In this document: one piece after another, positions 1-4,968 of the stretch | Layout: every line of letters begins with the position of its first letter | Position numbering within the stretch: position 1 is the first letter of the stretch | Program-made: the position numbers and the translations under genes | Assembly (NCBI GenBank): GCA_964468895.1 | Contig: CAYXWT010000017.1 | Location: 2,513-7,761, forward strand | DNA length: 5,249 bases | DNA from: an uncultured archaeon | GTDB taxonomy: Archaea; Iainarchaeota; Iainarchaeia; Iainarchaeales; CSSED10-239 | Reading direction: 5' to 3' | Notes under the pieces: generated by a model | Told to the model about the DNA's origin: nothing | What the model saw: only the letters and a program-made list of their open reading frames with translations | Databases searched by the model: none

Positions 1-88
1 AAATTTTAGTTTTTTTAAAAAACAAATTTCCAAAAAATCCTAATAAAAATATTCCAGAAACAAAAAGTAAAATTAATAATGTGTTCAT
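1..88 (-). CDS. Possible 5' end of a membrane-protein gene running off the left edge (MNTLLILLFVSGIFLLGFFGNLFFKKTKI...)
   Basis: ATG at 88-86 and 29 codons open to position 1, read by hand because it is absent from the supplied ORF track. It encodes a hydrophobic helix followed by KK. The pattern is loosely reminiscent of cation:proton antiporter N-termini, but that cannot be established from 29 residues. A TATA-like TTTTATAAA lies upstream. A 29-codon open frame is only weak evidence at this base composition. Confidence 0.3.
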   Translation of the reverse strand, partial: MNTLLILLFVSGIFLLGFFGNLFFKKTKI

Positions 89-106
89 AATAATCTAAAT
101 TTATAT

Positions 107-115
107 TTTATAAAA
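107..115 (-). promoter_or_regulatory. TATA-box-like element (TTTTATAAA) upstream of the putative edge gene
   Basis: On the minus strand it spans -27 to -19 relative to the ATG at 88. No Shine-Dalgarno lies in between, which fits a leaderless or near-leaderless archaeal transcript. TATA-like strings are abundant here, so specificity is low. Confidence 0.25.
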
Positions 116-181
116 GTTATTTTCATTAAACCATAACCATATAATATAAGATAAATATTATTTAATAAAGTATGGTTTTTT

Positions 182-196
182 AAAAAAATCTAAAAA
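182..196 (-). terminator. Oligo-T termination signal after the membrane-protein gene
   Basis: The minus strand reads TGA-TTTTT-AGA-TTTTTTT directly after the stop at 197-199. T5 and T7 runs fit the archaeal oligo-T terminator model. Confidence 0.4.
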
Positions 197-1675
197 TCAA
201 TTATTTTTAGATATTTTATTGTACATATTATTAACAAAATAAACAAACTTCTCACTTAATGGTCTACTCTTAGCTGCAAATGAGATTTTATTATCTTTAA
301 ATTTAGTTATCACATCATCAATAATATAAGTTGCATATTGTTCAGATAATAAAAAGGAATAAATTTCTTTTTTAGTATACTTAGAAACATATGGTTTCAA
401 TAAATTAAACAAAAAATCAATTAATGATGAATATTTATTAGAATTAGGAACAGCTTCTAGATTTTTCTCTAAAACTTTCTTATCATCAACATTTAAAGTT
501 TTATCTTTATTTATTAAAGCTTTAGCTTTATTTATTAAAATTTTATTTTTAACTTTCTTAAAAGAAGAATCTTTCTTTTTTACATCTATATCATTATCAT
601 CACTATTATTATTAACAACAGTTTTAACTTTATTATTAGATGTACTTTTAGAAGTAAATGATTTCAGTTGACTTTGATTTTTTTTAATATCATAAATTTC
701 AACATTAATTTTATTTAATTGTTCATAAATGTCTTTTAAGGAAATAAATTCTTCATGTATTTTTGATAAAAAGAGTTCTAACACTTTATCTGAAGAAGTA
801 TTAGGCAATTTAGATATCTGTGACATTTTTTCAAGACTATATTTAATTAATTCTTTAGATGTATTTTTACTAAAGCCCTCTTTATTTAAAAGTTTTTCAA
901 TATCTTCATCTTTAATATTCATTTTCTTAAGATATGCAATAGTATTTTTAATTCTTGTAATTGCAACTTTTTGTTGAGTTTTATAATCTTTTAAAATATC
1001 AGATTTATTAATAATTTCTTTTTGGTTTTCTAAATATTTATTTCTACTAATATCGAGGATATTCAAATAAAAAGAAGCTGGCATTCTAACTGCAAAAAGA
1101 CCTTCTGCAAAAAACAAAATAAAAATTATTAAAGATATTGAATAAGGTAAAAACCATATATTCTCTAAAAATTCAAAATAAGGCAAATAAACTATTAAAA
1201 CATAATTTAAAATACAAAGTATAAAACCAATAATCCAATAAATAAGTTTTACAAATTTTAATTTTTTAGAATTTTGTAATAAATTATTTGTAGTTTTTTT
1301 ATCTAAACCTACAAAATCACTAAATATTTTTATAGATTCTTTAGAATAATTTTCTTTAGAAATATAATTAAAGATATTTCTTAAATTTTTAGAGAAATTA
1401 TCTATATCTTCTTTTTTATAAATTAAATTTACTTTTTTTTCTATATCATTAAATTTTAATTTTTTGGATCTTATTAAAAATTCTATCGGAACTCGAGATA
1501 TTAATTGACCAATAATTAAAAATAAAACAATTATAATTAAAATAATTGCTAAAGGCAACCATAAAAGATCATTTAAAAAGCTAAAAATAGGTTGAGTTTT
1601 AATAAGTATATATAACACTAACGATATGATTAAACCTATTAGCCAAAAAATTCCTTTTTTATTAGTTGAACTCAT
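197..1675 (-). CDS. Hypothetical four-TM membrane protein with an internally duplicated two-TM hairpin and a long cytoplasmic or extracellular helical, low-complexity C-terminal region
   Basis: A 492-codon ORF is very unlikely by chance where stop codons are AT-rich. Four strongly hydrophobic segments fall at about residues 9-26, 37-59, 145-164 and 172-195. Residues 9-68 and 145-204 align without gaps at 24 of 60 identities. I recognise no family. Confidence 0.75.
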   Translation of the reverse strand: MSSTNKKGIFWLIGLIISLVLYILIKTQPIFSFLNDLLWLPLAIILIIIVLFLIIGQLISRVPIEFLIRSKKLKFNDIEKKVNLIYKKEDIDNFSKNLRNIFNYISKENYSKESIKIFSDFVGLDKKTTNNLLQNSKKLKFVKLIYWIIGFILCILNYVLIVYLPYFEFLENIWFLPYSISLIIFILFFAEGLFAVRMPASFYLNILDISRNKYLENQKEIINKSDILKDYKTQQKVAITRIKNTIAYLKKMNIKDEDIEKLLNKEGFSKNTSKELIKYSLEKMSQISKLPNTSSDKVLELFLSKIHEEFISLKDIYEQLNKINVEIYDIKKNQSQLKSFTSKSTSNNKVKTVVNNNSDDNDIDVKKKDSSFKKVKNKILINKAKALINKDKTLNVDDKKVLEKNLEAVPNSNKYSSLIDFLFNLLKPYVSKYTKKEIYSFLLSEQYATYIIDDVITKFKDNKISFAAKSRPLSEKFVYFVNNMYNKISKNN

Positions 1676-1697
1676 TTAAATCTAATTTTTTAATAAT

Positions 1698-1705
1698 ATT
1701 ATAAA
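1698..1705 (-). promoter_or_regulatory. TATA-box-like element (TTTATAAT) positioned for a leaderless membrane-protein mRNA
   Basis: On the minus strand it spans -30 to -23 relative to the ATG at 1675-1673. No purine-rich SD lies between it and the start (TTAGATTTAAATG). Specificity is low in this AT-rich context. Confidence 0.3.
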
Positions 1706-1802
1706 TAATTATATATTAGGAAGTCATATTTAATATCAATGTAATTAATAGTTAATAAACTTAATAATTAACAAAACATTTATAAATAAAGCCTATATTA
1801 AC

Positions 1803-1807
1803 AAAAA
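1803..1807 (-). terminator. Oligo-T tract immediately 3' of the tRNA
   Basis: The minus strand reads ...CACTCCC-A-C-TTTTT-G directly after discriminator A73. No CCA is encoded. Confidence 0.45.
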
Positions 1808-1808
1808 G

Positions 1809-1884
1809 TGGGAGTGACAGGATTCGAACCTGCGACCCTTGGTGTATAAGACCAATGCTCTAGACCAGACTGAGCTACACTCCC
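1809..1884 (-). tRNA. tRNA-Ile with genomically encoded anticodon UAU (reads AUA)
   Basis: Hand-folded cloverleaf: GGGAGTG TA GCTC AGTCTGGTCTA GAGC A TTGGT CTTATAC ACCAA GGGTC GCAGG TTCGAAT CCTGT CACTCCC A.
- The 7-bp acceptor stem is perfect.
- The 4-bp D stem is perfect.
- The 5-bp anticodon stem is perfect.
- The T stem has one G-U pair and a TTCGAAT loop.
- U33 and A37 flank anticodon TAT.
The gene is 76 nt, has no intron and does not encode CCA. It is the only GC-rich island in the window. Confidence 0.9.
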
Positions 1885-1904
1885 TTTTTATATAATTAAT
1901 TTCT

Positions 1905-1911
1905 AAAAAAA
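1905..1911 (-). terminator. T7 run between ssb and the tRNA, either an ssb terminator or part of the tRNA promoter
   Basis: The minus strand reads GCTATTTTTTTAG, about 84 nt after the ssb stop and 21-27 nt before the mature tRNA 5' end. Sequence alone does not settle its role. Confidence 0.25.
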
Positions 1912-1994
1912 TAGCATATATATAAAATATTAGAACTAGAAATATATTTAAATATATTTGTTGGTTTTAATTTATAATTTTAATAATTAAATAT

Positions 1995-2333
1995 TTAGCT
2001 ATCAGATGATTTAAAATTACTTTCGTTAACAGAAATTTCTTTTTCAACTTCTTCAAAAACACCAAAACGACCTATATTAAGTCTTAATGATTTTTTAAAT
2101 TCTGAAGAAAATAAATTCTTAAAAGAATACACCTTACCTATTTGTAAAGAATCTGTAGAATTATCCCATAACGTTACATAAACAGTACCGCTTTCATCTC
2201 CTATAAGTGCTTCACAAACTTTATGTGTTGAATTATCCAATCTAGAACTAACTTCTCTGGAATCTGTTTTTTTAAGTACTTTACCAGTAACATCAATTTT
2301 CTTTTGATAACTTTTTATATCTTCTATTTTCAT
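1995..2333 (-). CDS. ssb: Single-stranded DNA-binding protein, single OB fold (Sulfolobus/crenarchaeal SSB type)
   Basis: From memory, the 112-aa product aligns along the OB domain of Saccharolobus solfataricus SSB. VCEALIGDESGTVYVTLWDNSTDSLQIGKVYSFKNLFSSEFKKSLRLNIG matches [50 protein letters not shown]. The ssDNA-stacking aromatics are kept: W in TLW, W->F in NLF, and F in EF. Confidence 0.8.
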   Translation of the reverse strand: MKIEDIKSYQKKIDVTGKVLKKTDSREVSSRLDNSTHKVCEALIGDESGTVYVTLWDNSTDSLQIGKVYSFKNLFSSEFKKSLRLNIGRFGVFEEVEKEISVNESNFKSSDS

Positions 2334-2346
2334 AATATATTCTCTC

Positions 2347-2382
2347 TATAAAATATCAATGTATTTTACAAGATATTTTATA
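2347..2382. repeat. Perfect 11-bp inverted repeat (tataaaatatc / gatattttata) with a 14-nt spacer in the ssb 5' region
   Basis: Verified base by base, with arms at 2347-2357 and 2372-2382. It spans -14 to -49 relative to the ssb ATG, and each arm contains a TATA-like TTTTATA. The repeat exists, but its function is unknown and its statistical support is weak. Confidence 0.5.
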
Positions 2383-2443
2383 AACAAATAGATTTATATT
2401 ACCTTTCATTTATATTTTTTTCTGAAAAATACAATTATATATT

Positions 2444-2469
2444 AAAAAAAAGAAAAATAGAAAATAAAA
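2444..2469 (-). terminator. Oligo-T-rich terminator region after the thermosome gene
   Basis: The minus strand after the TAA stop at 2475-2477 reads TTTCATTTTATTTTCTATTTTTCTTTTTTTT. It contains T4, T4, T5 and T8 runs within 35 nt. Confidence 0.45.
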
Positions 2470-2474
2470 TGAAA

Positions 2475-4076
2475 TTACATTGGAGGCATAGGTGGATGTG
2501 GTCTAGATTTAGCACCTGCAATAATATCATCTATTCTTAAAATCATTTCTGCAACTTCAACTGAAGAAATAATAGCTTGAGTTTTTATATTCACTGGCTC
2601 AATTACTTTCTTTTCTTTCATATCTACTAATTTAGAATTAATAACATCTACTCCAACAAATTTATTACTAGGATCTTGATGTTTACTTCTAAGTGAAACA
2701 ATAGTATCAATTGCATCTAAACCAGAACTTTCTGCAAGTGTTTTAGGTATAATATCTAAAACATCAGCAAATGCTTCTATAGCTAATTGTTCTCTACCAC
2801 CAATTGTTTTTGCAAAATCTTTTAATTTTAATGAAACTTCAATTTCTGCAGCACCACCAGCAGCAACATATTTTCCAGATTTTAATGTTGAAATAACTGC
2901 ACCAATTGCATCAGTTAAAGTTCTTTCTGTTTCAGCCAATACTTGTTCAGAAGTACCTCTAAGTAAAATAGAAACTTGACCATGATTTTTACATTCTTCA
3001 ATAAAAAACATATGATCTCCAGCTATTTTTTTATCACAAACATGATTTGCAATACCCAAATCTTTTTCACTACTATCTTTCAATCTATTTACTATTCTTG
3101 CATCTGTTGCTTTAGCAATTCTTTCAATATCACTTTGTTTAACTCTTCTAATAGCAGTAATTCCTTCTTTAGCTAAATAATGTTGTGCTAAATCATCAAT
3201 ACCTTTTTGACAAATTAAAACATTTGCTCCTACTTCTTTAACTTTATCAACCATTTTTTTAAGACCTTCTTCTTCTTGATCAATAAAAGCTTGTAATTGT
3301 TCAGGAGAACTAATTTGAACTTTTGCATCATTTTCAAGTTCTTTAATTTCTAAAGCAGAACTTAACAATAATATTTTTGCATTTTTTATTTCTTTAGGCA
3401 TTTCTGAATGTACTATTTCTTTATCTAACACAATACCTTTTATTAATTGTGTACAAGATAAGCTAGCACCTATTTTTTGTTCAATTTTAATTTGTTCTTT
3501 ATCTAATTCATTTCCTTCAATATTTATTTGTTGTATAGAATCAACTACAATATCAGCTAAATTATTACTATATTCTGAAGCTTTACCAGTCATAGAAGTT
3601 CTAGCAATATCTAATAATAGTTCTCTATCATTAACAGTAATATCTTCAGAAACATCTAAAAAATATTGAACAGCTTTTTCACCAGCCATTTTATAACCTT
3701 TAATAATAATAGAAGGATGTATATTTTCATCTAATAAATTTTCAGCCTTAGAAACTAATCCACCAGCAATTATTACTGCAGTAGTTGTTCCGTCTCCTAC
3801 TTCATCATCTTGATTTTTAGCTAATTCAACAAGCATCTTACCTACAGGGTGTTCAATAGCCATTTCTTTTAATATTGTTGCACCATCATTACTAATAGTA
3901 ACATCACCCATATCATCAACTAACATCTTATCCATTCCTCTTGGACCAAGTGTTGATTTTACAGAATTAGATACAGCTTTAGCAACTAATATATTCATTC
4001 TTTGTGCATCTTTACCTCTTTCTCTTTGAGTTCCTTCAGGAAGAAATCCTGCATTTTGAGAATTTGATTTATTCAT
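2475..4076 (-). CDS. ths: Thermosome subunit (group II chaperonin, Cpn60/TCP-1 family)
   Basis: The 533-aa product carries the family signatures along its whole length:
- EGTQRERGKDAQRMNI
- TLGPRGMDKMLVD
- TISNDGATILKEM
- DDEVGDGTTTAVIIAG (nucleotide-phosphate loop)
- VLDKEIVHSEMPK
- GANVLICQKGIDDLAQHYLAKEGI
- AIRRVKQSDIERIAKAT
- ILLRG
- AAGGAAEIE
It ends in a Pro/Met-rich tail (PHPPMPPM). Confidence 0.97.
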   Translation of the reverse strand: MNKSNSQNAGFLPEGTQRERGKDAQRMNILVAKAVSNSVKSTLGPRGMDKMLVDDMGDVTISNDGATILKEMAIEHPVGKMLVELAKNQDDEVGDGTTTAVIIAGGLVSKAENLLDENIHPSIIIKGYKMAGEKAVQYFLDVSEDITVNDRELLLDIARTSMTGKASEYSNNLADIVVDSIQQINIEGNELDKEQIKIEQKIGASLSCTQLIKGIVLDKEIVHSEMPKEIKNAKILLLSSALEIKELENDAKVQISSPEQLQAFIDQEEEGLKKMVDKVKEVGANVLICQKGIDDLAQHYLAKEGITAIRRVKQSDIERIAKATDARIVNRLKDSSEKDLGIANHVCDKKIAGDHMFFIEECKNHGQVSILLRGTSEQVLAETERTLTDAIGAVISTLKSGKYVAAGGAAEIEVSLKLKDFAKTIGGREQLAIEAFADVLDIIPKTLAESSGLDAIDTIVSLRSKHQDPSNKFVGVDVINSKLVDMKEKKVIEPVNIKTQAIISSVEVAEMILRIDDIIAGAKSRPHPPMPPM

Positions 4077-4083
4077 AATAAAA

Positions 4084-4088
4084 CACCT
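4084..4088 (-). promoter_or_regulatory. Shine-Dalgarno (AGGTG) for the thermosome, overlapping the stop codon of the upstream small ORF
   Basis: The minus strand reads GAAG-TAGGTG-TTTTATT-ATG. GGTG is complementary to the conserved archaeal 16S 3' end (..CACCUCC..). The spacer to the ATG is 7 nt, and the TAG stop of ORF 4087-4335 lies inside the motif. Confidence 0.6.
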
Positions 4089-4335
4089 ACTTCAATTTTT
4101 TAACATTTTTATTTTTAATAATATCATTATTATTATTTTGATTATAATTTGGAAGACCAAAATTATATTTACTTAAATTTTCAGAATTATTAATTTTTAA
4201 ATCTTGAGAATTTGTAATATCTAGTTTACTATTAATATTTGTTTTTAATAAACTAGATTTATCTCTAAATACTTTCATATCTAATTCTAATTTTTTAATA
4301 AATTTTAAATCTCTAAATTTTTCTTTATCAAACAT
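4087..4335 (-). CDS. Hypothetical small protein: amphipathic N-terminal helix followed by an Asn-rich low-complexity region
   Basis: An 82-codon open frame is improbable by chance at this composition. It is co-oriented with its neighbours, lying 30 nt after the upstream gene and 10 nt before the thermosome ATG. It has no clear SD of its own and I recognise no homology, so it could instead be an unusually open leader or promoter region. Confidence 0.5.
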   Translation of the reverse strand: MFDKEKFRDLKFIKKLELDMKVFRDKSSLLKTNINSKLDITNSQDLKINNSENLSKYNFGLPNYNQNNNNDIIKNKNVKKLK

Positions 4336-4365
4336 ATTTAAACACAGCTTTTGTTTTAAGTAAAA

Positions 4366-4815
4366 TTATTCATGAAACTTTCGTTCAACATCATCAATTA
4401 AAGTATCACAATCAGCTTTAATTCTATCTAAAGATTTAATTAATCTTATTTTTTCAAGTTCAATAGTGTGAATATTTTCATAAGTTTCTATAGCTTGTTT
4501 AAACATACCATAATCAACATAACTATAATCAAAAGCATTCATTTTTTTACAAACAATTTCAATAATTTTTCCAATAAATATATTCATTTCTATTTTAACT
4601 ATACCTTTAATTTGCTTATGAGAATCAAGACTTTTTCTCATTAATCTAACTACTGTCGCCTTTGGAAATGGTAATGATTCATCTTCTTCTTCAATTTCAT
4701 CTTCTTGATTATCAACATCTTCATTTGATTCAGAAACAGAATCTAAATTTTCTTGATCTTCAATATTTTCAATTATTTCTTGATTTTTACTTACATCATT
4801 TTCTAAATTGTCCAT
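4366..4815 (-). CDS. Hypothetical protein: polyacidic N-terminal tail (residues 1-47), putative histone-fold-like core (about residues 48-112, nt 4480-4674) and a C-terminal helical extension
   Basis: The 149-codon ORF has a good SD.
- LPFPKATVVRLMRKSL resembles the LP.A.V.RI.K opening of helix alpha1 in archaeal histones and in NF-YB, Dpb4 and NC2-type histone folds.
- The following segments have the lengths expected for L1, a long alpha2, L2 and alpha3.
That it is coding is fairly secure (about 0.8). The histone-fold assignment is my own pattern recognition (about 0.4). Confidence 0.6.
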   Translation of the reverse strand: MDNLENDVSKNQEIIENIEDQENLDSVSESNEDVDNQEDEIEEEDESLPFPKATVVRLMRKSLDSHKQIKGIVKIEMNIFIGKIIEIVCKKMNAFDYSYVDYGMFKQAIETYENIHTIELEKIRLIKSLDRIKADCDTLIDDVERKFHE

Positions 4816-4821
4816 AAAATT

Positions 4822-4826
4822 ACCTC
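4822..4826 (-). promoter_or_regulatory. Shine-Dalgarno (GAGGT) for the 149-aa gene
   Basis: The minus strand reads GGAAAA-GAGGT-AATTTT-ATG. The spacer is 6 nt and the motif is complementary to the 16S anti-SD. Confidence 0.6.
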
Positions 4827-4968
4827 TTTTCCTTTTTTAGTAATATCTTAAAATAAGATAAAACACAACAAATTACAAATAGTATATTATAATAATATAT
4901 ATTAGTAGCGAACAATTTAAATACATATTTGCTACTTTAATTTAAATAGATAGTTATGTAGAAGGTTG

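Noticed and set aside
128-178. 8-bp inverted repeat AAACCATA / TATGGTTT with a 35-nt spacer, plus a direct CCATAACCATA, downstream of the membrane-protein gene
   Set aside because: The arms are short, the loop is large and chance occurrence is likely. Archaeal termination here is adequately explained by the adjacent T-runs.
424-430. ATGATGA (box C-like) on the plus strand, and several TGATGA strings on the minus strand, considered as C/D box sRNA signals
   Set aside because: No appropriately spaced CTGA D box or terminal stem is present. All occurrences lie inside the membrane-protein coding region, where they encode Asp-rich or similar peptide.
678-685. A8 homopolymer runs on the coding strand (678-685 and again 1433-1440), considered as possible slippage or phase-variation sites
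   Set aside because: They encode ordinary Lys-rich stretches (KK, KKK) and are expected in a genome this AT-rich. There is no sign of frameshifted alternative frames.
729-977. 82-aa ORF on the plus strand (MSFKEINSSC...)
   Set aside because: It lies entirely antisense to the 492-aa membrane-protein gene. The product is F/L/S/I-rich, as expected from reading the complement of K/N/E-rich codons. It has no SD or promoter context and is best explained as a shadow ORF.
2481-2506. Local GC-rich patch at the 3' end of the thermosome gene, considered as a possible small structured RNA
   Set aside because: It is in frame and encodes the Pro/Met-rich C-terminal tail (SRPHPPMPPM). Met-rich, flexible C-termini are a normal feature of chaperonins, so I treat this as ordinary variation.
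2976-3176. 66-aa ORF on the plus strand (MTMIFTFFNKKHM...)
   Set aside because: It lies antisense inside the thermosome gene, which is conserved end to end. The product is low-complexity, F/S/N/I-rich, and the ORF is a shadow ORF.
4219-4258. 10-bp perfect inverted repeat (atctagttta / taaactagat) with a 20-nt spacer, considered as a possible thermosome operator or internal promoter element
   Set aside because: It lies inside the 82-aa ORF. My rough estimate is that a few 10-bp inverted repeats are expected by chance in 5 kb at this composition. It matches no regulator consensus I can name with confidence.
4904-4936. 6-bp inverted repeat AGTAGC-N21-GCTACT in the spacer upstream of the 149-aa gene, next to a TATA-rich stretch
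   Set aside because: It is too short to be statistically meaningful. It stood out only because it holds most of the G/C in an otherwise A/T-only spacer. It could be an operator or a terminator hairpin for the upstream gene, but the sequence does not support either call.
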